A stretch of 47,426 nt of DNA from a virus. Its lineage: Duplodnaviria > Heunggongvirae > Uroviricota > Caudoviricetes. Position 1 is the stretch's first letter, and each line of letters opens with the position of its first letter. This document shows positions 28,752 through 36,643 of this stretch, piece by piece. The notes below the pieces were generated by a model that saw nothing but the letters and a program-made list of their open reading frames with translations, was not told where the DNA came from and did not search any database. The stretch is taken from IMG/VR virus record IMGVR_UViG_2778261504_000010, positions 1-47,426 of that record, one strand, 5' to 3'. The position numbers and the translations under genes were made by a program.

Positions 28752-28943
28752 TTAATGCGGTGCTTTCAGTGTTTCGATTTTAACGAAATAAGGCTCGACA
28801 TTAATTTCAACCACACAACCACATTTAAAATCTCTGGCGGGTGCAACAGTTTTTACCACCCGACCACCACGCACCGCCCGGTGTGCAATGTGCATGAAAC
28901 GAGTACCTGGCGGATATAGCTGATTAAAGCGTTTCGCGTTCAT
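28752..28943 (-). CDS. hypothetical protein
   Basis: 63-aa ORF. Confidence 0.3.
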   Translation of the reverse strand: MNAKRFNQLYPPGTRFMHIAHRAVRGGRVVKTVAPARDFKCGCVVEINVEPYFVKIETLKAPH

Positions 28944-29157
28944 GAGGCGGCTTCCATCCTTTCAGGTGAGCATTAGCACAGAACTCTGCCCGGTGTTCTG
29001 CCCAGATACGACGCAGGGTGCTACACGGGCTTTGCGCTGCCTTACGCCACAGTTTTTCTGCCTCGTCATAATCGCCACGTTGTTCTGCTCTGGATGCACC
29101 CAGCGAATACGCCGCGCAACTATTTCCGGCTCTGTACTCTTTGATATCCTGATGCAT
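28924..29157 (-). CDS. hypothetical protein
   Basis: Start taken at MHQDIKEY just after the upstream stop; the longer ORF-track version overlaps the upstream gene by 110 nt. Confidence 0.35.
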   Translation of the reverse strand: MHQDIKEYRAGNSCAAYSLGASRAEQRGDYDEAEKLWRKAAQSPCSTLRRIWAEHRAEFCANAHLKGWKPPHERETL

Positions 29158-29158
29158 G

Positions 29159-29803
29159 TTAAACCCCTGCAATATCAAGCGGGATTGAGCGGTATTCAGC
29201 AGAATCACCGACGCGCTCATACACGCGGATATAGCTTCTGCTGCCAACCACCTGGACGGCTTCACCAATCAGTTTCATGGCGTTATCCCAGCGTTCCTCC
29301 GTAATATCGAGACGACGCAGAGCCAGAACGCGCCCGGTGTTAATGTTGCCTTCCTTGTCCGTGCTGAATGCCTCGCTGATGATGGCTTTAATTTCAGGGC
29401 GTGCTCCTTCCGTCCAGTCAGCCAGACAGTCATCAATCAGTGCCTTCGCGGTCTGAATGCGTTCATCAAGCGCGATACGGTCCTGCATGGCGCGCTGAAT
29501 CTTGTAACGTCCGTCAAAGCTGTAAAGCGTGATATTCCCTTTTTTACCGCCTTTCACAGCGCCGTATTTCTCCGCCGACAGGTCAATAAACGCCTGAATA
29601 TCACCAAACGCACGCAGTTTCAGTTCACGCAGTGAGGCGGAGGCAGCAATCACCATCTCCACAAGCTCACCGACCAGCTGCTCGCGGTCACGGTCAATAT
29701 CTTTGATAAGGCTTTCAGGTGTCATTACGCCACGGGCATCCACCCAGTAACCTTCAGGCGCTTGAGTTTTCGTGTATTGCTTAACTTTATTTTCAGTCGT
29801 CAT
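29159..29803 (-). CDS. DUF3164-like phage protein
   Basis: 214-aa ORF; family assignment from memory only. Confidence 0.45.
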   Translation of the reverse strand: MTTENKVKQYTKTQAPEGYWVDARGVMTPESLIKDIDRDREQLVGELVEMVIAASASLRELKLRAFGDIQAFIDLSAEKYGAVKGGKKGNITLYSFDGRYKIQRAMQDRIALDERIQTAKALIDDCLADWTEGARPEIKAIISEAFSTDKEGNINTGRVLALRRLDITEERWDNAMKLIGEAVQVVGSRSYIRVYERVGDSAEYRSIPLDIAGV

Positions 29804-29832
29804 AATTAAATTACCTCAGTGATATTTACAGA

Positions 29833-30048
29833 TTAATGTGTGTTATGCGCGCAGGGTTCCACGCCAACAGAAAATAAATCAACGACGTTAAATTCTTTAT
29901 TAAGAGTTTGATTCATTACCTCCCATAACCGTTGTCTTACACCGACCTCTTCATCCGTAAATCCTTTTTTATCAATAGCCCCCATACTCCTGACACGAAG
30001 CGTGCCGTTTTCATCGGTATAGATAATTACTTCTAACTTAACCGCCAT
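29833..30048 (-). CDS. hypothetical protein
   Basis: Start taken at MAVKLEV. Confidence 0.35.
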   Translation of the reverse strand: MAVKLEVIIYTDENGTLRVRSMGAIDKKGFTDEEVGVRQRLWEVMNQTLNKEFNVVDLFSVGVEPCAHNTH

Positions 30049-30229
30049 GTTTTTCTCCTTTGAAATCAAACGATTTAAAAATAATTTCGTTCATAAAACA
30101 GTGAGTTTTTATGATAATGTCGGAAACCTGCTCTCCCGTGACATCAGGCGGCAACTGATACGTCGCGACGGTTTTCTCCGGTTTACCTGGCCTGTCCAGG
30201 CTGAAAGTTAATTCAAGCTCCAGTGACAT
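30038..30229 (-). CDS. hypothetical protein
   Basis: 63-aa ORF. Confidence 0.3.
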   Translation of the reverse strand: MSLELELTFSLDRPGKPEKTVATYQLPPDVTGEQVSDIIIKTHCFMNEIIFKSFDFKGEKHGG

Positions 30230-30239
30230 TTTTCACCTC

Positions 30240-30491
30240 TCAATGCATTTGTGTCTCTTGAGGAATATACGGACATCCCTGTGCCAGTTGTTTCACGTAG
30301 TCATGGTAGATTTGCAGATCAAGCCGTTCATTTCCGTGTTTCTCCTTCAGAACCGTACAAATAGCACCGACAGTCCCCAGAGTTCTTGCTGCTTCTTCGA
30401 GTGTGGCATTGTCGCCATTTTCCACCCGAATAAGGTTATGGCACTGGTTATTACCCAGGTCGGTAAATACTATTGTTAATTTCACGCTCAC
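30240..30491 (-). CDS. hypothetical protein
   Basis: 83-aa ORF. Confidence 0.35.
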   Translation of the reverse strand: MSVKLTIVFTDLGNNQCHNLIRVENGDNATLEEAARTLGTVGAICTVLKEKHGNERLDLQIYHDYVKQLAQGCPYIPQETQMH

Positions 30492-30506
30492 TTTTAATTC
30501 CTCGTT

Positions 30507-30746
30507 TTATTGCCATACGACGGTGCAGCCGTCGATACAGGACGTTTTAACCACACGACGCAGGCCGCTGAATGTCTGGATGATTTCCGTTACCGGCCAT
30601 ACAGGACCCCCCACGGGCGGGCAGGCATAAACCACAGGTAAACGGTGATGCTGTCCCGTTACACGGCCACCGGTGGTGTGGATGGCCACACGGGCACGGG
30701 AACGGACGGCGTTAATGGTCTGCTTGTCCATCGTCTTGTTCTCCAT
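30507..30746 (-). CDS. hypothetical protein
   Basis: 79-aa ORF; start overlaps stop of MuB-like gene. Confidence 0.35.
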   Translation of the reverse strand: MENKTMDKQTINAVRSRARVAIHTTGGRVTGQHHRLPVVYACPPVGGPVWPVTEIIQTFSGLRRVVKTSCIDGCTVVWQ

Positions 30747-31639
30747 CAGTGAATTAACATTTCTGCGAAATCATCAATAGCCTGCACACTGACCGGCGCA
30801 TCGCTGATATCACAAATCCGGTAGACCCCACGCACAAGTTTAAACAGGCGTCGGGCATTGCCCCGTGAGCGTGTGTAAAGTGCTTCACAGATTTCAGGCG
30901 CTGCTGCTTCCGGCATCAGTTCGGCGGCTATCTGGATGAAATCCTTCTGCGCCAGCGTATCGCCGAGGTCCAGCGAAAGAGCCACCCGACTGTATAGCTG
31001 CGCGAACTCCCCACGATTGCCTTTAAGATTAATCAACAGGCGCGGCATACCAGCCAGGGCAACACCGACGCCCGCCTTGTCATGCAGACGACGCAGAACT
31101 TCCAGCGCACGATAGGGGAGCAGTTCGGCTTCATCCACCATCAGCAGGCGACCGGAGTCACGCAATTCGTGTACGCAGGCATTAATCAGTTCGTGAATAT
31201 TGCCGCGAACCTTTACCCCCAACTGGCGGCACAGTTCCTCCAGCAGTGTCCTGGCTGTATAGCCCGGGTCAGCCTCAATCAGTATTGCGTCCCGGTTTCT
31301 GGCGGCGTATTCGCGCAAAATCATTGTTTTGCCAAGACCTGCCGCGCCATACAACACGCTAATTTCACACTCCAGATGAGCATAGGCCAGCGCCTCCAGC
31401 CCTTTGGCGGCCATACCTGTAGTCACAAAACTTGCTTTTACACGCCGGTTGTTTTCTTTTTCCCGTTCACGGCTGACAAAGGCAGAAATTCGCTCTTCGA
31501 TATCAGTGATATCGCCCTGATATTTACCCTGCAAATACTGGTTGATAACGGCGCTGCTACGACCAATAGCACGGGCAACGTGGGTCTGCGTATAGCCGCG
31601 ACGGGCCATTACGTCATTTAATTGCGTAATTAAACTCAT
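30746..31639 (-). CDS. MuB-like transposition ATPase
   Basis: 297 aa; N-terminal HTH-like segment then Walker A GAAGLGKT; immediately downstream of transposase. Confidence 0.8.
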   Translation of the reverse strand: MSLITQLNDVMARRGYTQTHVARAIGRSSAVINQYLQGKYQGDITDIEERISAFVSREREKENNRRVKASFVTTGMAAKGLEALAYAHLECEISVLYGAAGLGKTMILREYAARNRDAILIEADPGYTARTLLEELCRQLGVKVRGNIHELINACVHELRDSGRLLMVDEAELLPYRALEVLRRLHDKAGVGVALAGMPRLLINLKGNRGEFAQLYSRVALSLDLGDTLAQKDFIQIAAELMPEAAAPEICEALYTRSRGNARRLFKLVRGVYRICDISDAPVSVQAIDDFAEMLIH

Positions 31640-31656
31640 ATTAAATACCTTTTAAA

Positions 31657-33702
31657 TTAACGGTTGTTTGTGCCGTCTTTCTTTAAATTGCGGTCACGCT
31701 CGGATGCAAAGAAATAAAGTTCTTCTTTTTTCTTTTCCTCCTTACGCTCCAGACCAAATCCAAAATTAAAGTCAGGTCTCTGCGTAATAGCCGGGGTAAG
31801 CTCGCGTTTAGCCTCTTCGATTTTCTGCGTGGCCCGTGCAATGCGGCCTCTGGCGCGTTTCTCCTGCTGCTGTTCGATAACAGCTTTCGGGAACGCATCA
31901 ACCTTATTACCGTTCCAGATGGCATCGCAGATATAAGAACCGTCCATCCGCCTGACAATCACGCTGTTTGCGTCGTGAATGTCGTAACAAACCCTGACTT
32001 CATTTCCGTGCTCTGCTGCCAGTTCTGTGGAGAAATAGATGTTTCTGAATAACACCACTTCACCGCGTCGCACCGTGCAGATGCTTTCCGGTCGGAACAT
32101 TTCATGCAGTTCTTCCGGCGACAGCATGTCGATTTCAGCCTTTTGCTCTTTTATCAGTTTCCGGCGATACGCTGCCGGGCTGTAATGTTCGCCATCCTCT
32201 TTGCGGGGAAGGCTGCTGTGTGGCCGGTTGTTATACCGTTTCACCTCCAGCTCTATTGCGGCCATCAGTTGCTCAAAAGTGGGGACTTCTCCCATCGCTT
32301 TAACCTGCCGCTTTGTCAGCTCTTTCCCTTTGTGGGTGGCCTTAATGGCTGACTGTGTGATGCGTTGCTGCATCATCACCGTTTCCTTGTCTGCATTTTT
32401 TGAGCAGTACGTCTGGAAACTCAGGGCCACATCTTTGGGTATTCCTTTGTTTGCCCGTTCTATTACCCCGCGCCCCTGCGGGTTACCAGGTGTCCCCGTG
32501 TGATGCTCCACACCCAGCCGGGGCAGAATCCCGGTAATATCGGCATCAAGCACCCGGTTTTTTTCACCGCCCCCGTTATCGGAGTAATAAATCAGCGGTA
32601 TTCCGTGTTGTGACATGCCATGACGCAATGCATCAGCAACGGCTATCACGTTCTCCGACAGGGACAGCGACCAGCCCACAATAAAGCGTTGCCCCGCATC
32701 CATAACCAGCGTCACTTCTGGCCGGAATGTATTCCCGGTGGCAGGGTTGAATGCCATCAGTTTCATACAGTGACCATCCCCGACCCATACCGCATTAACC
32801 GGTAATGTGCTCCAGTCGCGCCGCACAAAGGGATTGAGCGAACGCCAGGCTGAACCGGTGGAGCGGAAACGCTCTTTAACAATCACCGGGACGCTGCTTA
32901 ACACCCGTCTTACTGCGTGAACTGAAGGCAGTGCCGCCAGCATTCCCGCATCGTTCGCGTGTTTTTCATGCCACCAGGCTGAAAACTCGCGATACGCATA
33001 TTCAACGGTCGGGCGCTTCCATGAGCGATAGAACATAAAGAAATCGCTCAACCACCAGACCTGCTCCCACGGTGTTCCCTTATGATGACCGGGAGCCAGT
33101 AACGCCAGTAACTGATTGGCATCACCGCGCGCCATCAGCCAGGCGGAATACCATTCCTGTAAACTCCCTGTACTGACGCCAGTTCGCTTACCCTGTCGGG
33201 CATTGGCGGTATTACCGGCCACAATAACGCGCTCGGGCAAAGCCCCCTGGCGGATACCATCAACGATGTGTTTTATCGCTGCTGTCCTGGACATTCCTGC
33301 GTATTCACGCAGTTTATGCACTTCGGTAGCCAGCAATATCCGCGCATCAGCGATGGCCTTTTGCTTGTCGGTCAGTGCCTGGACTTCGCGTAATGCCAGT
33401 TCCGGGCATTTGACCATCACTTCCAGTTCATCACGAACGGTGACGTTCTTAACTGCCTTCTGCTCAACCACAACGGGCAGTTGTGTATCTTCCAGAATTT
33501 GCTGGGCTAGACGTTGGTGTAAAGCTTTCTGCACCTCCTCTGGAAAACTATCAATATGGTATTCAAAAGTAACACCTTTCACGCCAGCTCGTTGGCGGCT
33601 AACCCACCGTTGACGCTTTGCCATTCTAATCAGTGAGCTATTGTGTTTGGGGATACCAGCAATGCCCTGAAGTTCATTGAATGAATACCATTGGGATATC
33701 AT
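31657..33702 (-). CDS. MuA-like DDE transposase
   Basis: About 680 aa; N-terminus resembles the Mu winged-helix DNA-binding domain; start taken at MISQWYSF whose ATG overlaps the ner stop. Confidence 0.85.
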   Translation of the reverse strand: MISQWYSFNELQGIAGIPKHNSSLIRMAKRQRWVSRQRAGVKGVTFEYHIDSFPEEVQKALHQRLAQQILEDTQLPVVVEQKAVKNVTVRDELEVMVKCPELALREVQALTDKQKAIADARILLATEVHKLREYAGMSRTAAIKHIVDGIRQGALPERVIVAGNTANARQGKRTGVSTGSLQEWYSAWLMARGDANQLLALLAPGHHKGTPWEQVWWLSDFFMFYRSWKRPTVEYAYREFSAWWHEKHANDAGMLAALPSVHAVRRVLSSVPVIVKERFRSTGSAWRSLNPFVRRDWSTLPVNAVWVGDGHCMKLMAFNPATGNTFRPEVTLVMDAGQRFIVGWSLSLSENVIAVADALRHGMSQHGIPLIYYSDNGGGEKNRVLDADITGILPRLGVEHHTGTPGNPQGRGVIERANKGIPKDVALSFQTYCSKNADKETVMMQQRITQSAIKATHKGKELTKRQVKAMGEVPTFEQLMAAIELEVKRYNNRPHSSLPRKEDGEHYSPAAYRRKLIKEQKAEIDMLSPEELHEMFRPESICTVRRGEVVLFRNIYFSTELAAEHGNEVRVCYDIHDANSVIVRRMDGSYICDAIWNGNKVDAFPKAVIEQQQEKRARGRIARATQKIEEAKRELTPAITQRPDFNFGFGLERKEEKKKEELYFFASERDRNLKKDGTNNR

Positions 33703-33914
33703 AAGTATCTCTCCGGCCATATAGTTTCTGGCGACTCGCCAAGAGCTTCAGCGATAATTTTTTCTCCACGCGGATACGGCTTATCAAGAGCATTTTTCAA
33801 AGTGTACGGGGATAACGAGTTAAGCCTCCCTAAACCTGAAAGTGATAACCCTTTTTTTCGTAATTCAGCAATGACATCAGCTCGATGCCATCCGGTTCTT
33901 TTCTTGTGCTGCAT
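33699..33914 (-). CDS. Ner-like DNA-binding regulator
   Basis: 71 aa; WHRADVIAELRKKGLSLSGLGR...LKNALDKPYPRGEKIIAEALG closely resembles Mu Ner/Nlp. Confidence 0.8.
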   Translation of the reverse strand: MQHKKRTGWHRADVIAELRKKGLSLSGLGRLNSLSPYTLKNALDKPYPRGEKIIAEALGESPETIWPERYL

Positions 33915-34120
33915 TTCATGCCATCCTTATGAGTTAACTAGATAGCTACCTACACAAGTAGCTATAAGGCTACTTCGCAACAATAATGTGATTGCGTTGT
34001 GATTGCAAGCAAAAGCAACCACAAAAAATAGAATTTTTCTGCGCACTCTTGTTGCTTATTGATATTTAAGGTTTTTTGTGATTGCCGAAATATTGAGTCT
34101 GGCAATCATAAGGAGAGGAT
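33915..34120. promoter_or_regulatory. divergent promoter/operator region between ner and the c-like repressor
   Basis: 206 bp AT-rich; GTGATTGC at 33988, 33999, 34078; 7-bp inverted repeat gattgcc(34080-86)/ggcaatc(34101-07); palindrome tagctac...gtagcta (33942-33965). Confidence 0.55.
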
Positions 34121-34525
34121 ATGATTGCCAACAAAGAGTGGTTTACTGCACAAGAATTAGCCAACTTAGGACTACCTGGCTTCCCTAAAGATAAAAGTGG
34201 GATAAATCGTCGCGCCAACAAAGAAGGGTGGTTACGAAGGCAAAAAGCAAATGTTCGAGGGATCGCTTATGAATTTCATATTTCAGCCTTACCAATGGAA
34301 GCCCAACAAGTACTGGGGAACACTTCAGGTGTAGTTGGTGCTTCTATTGACATGGAGCTTTTAGAAAAGCTCATTGAATCAGTTGAGATTCTTTTAACTA
34401 AAAAACGAAAAAAAATGGAGCCACGAGAAAAAGCCAAGCTCATATCCATGTTGTACAAAGCATGTAAAAAATCAGACTCTATTGATGATGAAATTATCAG
34501 TAATATCATAGAATTAGTTGCATGA
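34121..34525 (+). CDS. c-like repressor (Mu-type winged-helix DNA-binding domain)
   Basis: 134 aa; WFTAQELANLGLPGFPKDKSGINRRANKEGWLRRQKANVRGIAYEFHISALPMEAQQVL parallels the N-terminus of the adjacent transposase; divergent from ner. Confidence 0.55.
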   Translation: MIANKEWFTAQELANLGLPGFPKDKSGINRRANKEGWLRRQKANVRGIAYEFHISALPMEAQQVLGNTSGVVGASIDMELLEKLIESVEILLTKKRKKMEPREKAKLISMLYKACKKSDSIDDEIISNIIELVA

Positions 34526-34540
34526 CAGAGAGGAACATTC

Positions 34541-35170
34541 ATGTCAAATGATAATGTGAGCAAATTCCCTACCACAAAAGGAAAAAAACTGATTGATGAG
34601 ATTATGGCCCAAATAGATCAGGAACCAGATATTGCAGTTCCTAGCAATATCAACAACCTGAGTATTTCAGGTACTGGAAACATTATAGGAAACAATAACA
34701 TACTACACATACAACAACCCGTCCCGCCCAAAAAGAAAGTTATTGTAAAGACAGGTGATGGTGTAATTAACGCTACTCAAAAGGCTCATTTGCAAGAACT
34801 TGTTAGGACGTTAGTTGAAATTCATACACAAGTAAAAAAGAGCAAACTGTCTTGGGGAGGCGCATGGAAAAAGATCTTAATCCCTTTAAAAATAAGTAGT
34901 TATCATGAAATCCCTAGCGTTCTCTATGAAAAAGCAGTCAAAATTCTGCAAAAAGAAATTGCTATCATAAAAAATATGAATTCTGCACCAAAGAAAGTTA
35001 GCAATTGGCGCTCATTGCAAATTAAAGCCATTCAAGCTCGTTGTAATGAACGAGGTTTACAAACTTGGCGTAAGGACTACATGCAAACTCATTTCGGTAA
35101 AGACTCGATGACTAAACTTACGGATAAAGAGCTACAAGCCTTGTACCGTGCTGTCATGGGAAAACGCTGA
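34541..35170 (+). CDS. hypothetical protein (AT-rich cargo gene downstream of repressor)
   Basis: 209-aa ORF, no hydrophobic segment, Lys/Asn/Ile-rich; no family recognised. Confidence 0.5.
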   Translation: MSNDNVSKFPTTKGKKLIDEIMAQIDQEPDIAVPSNINNLSISGTGNIIGNNNILHIQQPVPPKKKVIVKTGDGVINATQKAHLQELVRTLVEIHTQVKKSKLSWGGAWKKILIPLKISSYHEIPSVLYEKAVKILQKEIAIIKNMNSAPKKVSNWRSLQIKAIQARCNERGLQTWRKDYMQTHFGKDSMTKLTDKELQALYRAVMGKR

Positions 35171-35459
35171 TGGTTTTATAGGCCAAGAACCCTTGGCCTT
35201 ATCTAATTGATACAATCAACCCGATCTAAATCATCATAATCATCTTAAAGCCTGCTTGGTTAAATGTATTAAAAACAACCTAAGTTTGCTGCATAATCTG
35301 AGCAAATTCACCCAGAAAAAAACGTAAAAAAAAGCATTTTTGCGCATTTTCTTCAAAACGATCCAGAATCGGTGAAATCTCCCACATCCCGCACCAATCA
35401 AGGCCTACAGGCTTATATTGACTGCTCGGACTCAGCCCAGAATTGATCACCACCCCACA
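35171..35459. mobile_element. Mu-like prophage terminal region (transposase-binding end) and junction with host
   Basis: Non-coding; AAAACG/CGTTTT-type motifs at 35321-35370; element ends ...ccaca at 35459, where the ynfF reading frame breaks. Confidence 0.5.
35181..35205 (+). terminator. terminator-like hairpin after the 209-aa gene
   Basis: Stem ggccaag/cttggcc (35181-35198) followed by T-rich ttatctaatt. Confidence 0.4.
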
Positions 35460-36586
35460 CAACCCTGACAAATATAAGCAGGTTTTGCTGAACCGATCTC
35501 TCGTGCCAACTGGATAATTTTTTCTGCCGGGATGCTGGTGATTTTTGCTGCCCATTCCGGCGTTTTAGCTATGCCGTCAGGCCCTTCGCCCAGAATATAG
35601 GCTTTATAATGCGCGTTACGTGGTGCGTTGGCGGGCAGCGTTTTTTCATCGTAACCAACACAATATTTGTCGAGAAATGGCTGATCGACCATGTTTTCAG
35701 TAATCAGTACCCAGGCAATCGCACAGGCCAGTGCGCCATCGGTGCCAGGGCGAATGGGCAGCCATTCATCTTCACGCCCGGCAGCAGTGTCGTTATAACG
35801 TGGATCGATGACGATCATGCGTGCGTTTGAACGTTCGCGGGCTTGCTCGACGTAGTAAGTGACACCACCGCCGCTCATCCGCGTTTCTGCCGGGTTATTT
35901 CCGAACATAACGACCAGTTTCGTATTGGCGATATCATCCGGGCTGTTGCCATCATTGGCACCGAACATATAACTCATTGCGGCACTGATCTGTGCGGTAC
36001 TGTAGCTGCCATAGCGACTGAGAAAACCACCGCAAGAGTTCATCAGACGGTACGGGACGTTTGAGTTGGTGATGTTTCCGCCATCTACGCCTGTTCCGTA
36101 CAGGACATGTACAGCCTCATTGCCGTAATCTTTCAGGATCCGCCGAAGATTATCACTGATGGTATCCAGGGCTTCGTCCCAACTTATCCGTTCAAATTTA
36201 CCTTCACCGCGCTTGCCGACGCGCTTCATGGGATATTTCAACCTATCAGGATGATTCATCCGTCGGCGGATAGAGCGCCCGCGTAAACACGCTCGAACCT
36301 GATGGTTACCGTAGACGTCGTCACCTGTCGTATCAGACTCCACCCAGTACACGGTGTCATCTTTCACATGCAAACGTAACAGACAGCGGCTCCCGCAGTT
36401 AACGGTGCAGGAACTCCAGACCGCTTTCTCTTCTACCGGAGCCTCTGCCGCCCGGACCATTTGGGAAAATGGCAGAGTGAAAGCACTGCTTGCCAGCGCA
36501 AGACTGCCAAGTGCGGAGGTTTTCATCAGACTTCTACGGCTGATTTCAGCCTTCATGAGCGCCTCTGTGGTATGGATTTTCATCAT
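35450..36586 (-). pseudogene. ynfF: ynfF', 5' fragment of DMSO-reductase-family catalytic subunit truncated by the prophage
   Basis: 378 aa with Tat motif SRRSLMK; paralogous to the full-length downstream gene up to ...AKPAYICQG, then CVGW-stop where the paralogue continues WGPQRQ. Confidence 0.75.
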
Positions 36587-36643
36587 TACTCACTTATTGC
36601 TTTTCAAACAAAATGTCATGCCAGAATTTATGGTTGTCGTGGG

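Larger units (their letters stand above)
1..35459 (-). mobile_element. Mu-like transposable prophage, partial (right end lies beyond window start)
   Basis: Gene order on minus strand matches phage Mu: ner, A, B, early small genes, Mor/C, lysis, terminase, portal, F, G, I, T, sheath, tube, tape measure, N, P, baseplate, S, U. End abuts an interrupted host gene. Confidence 0.85.
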
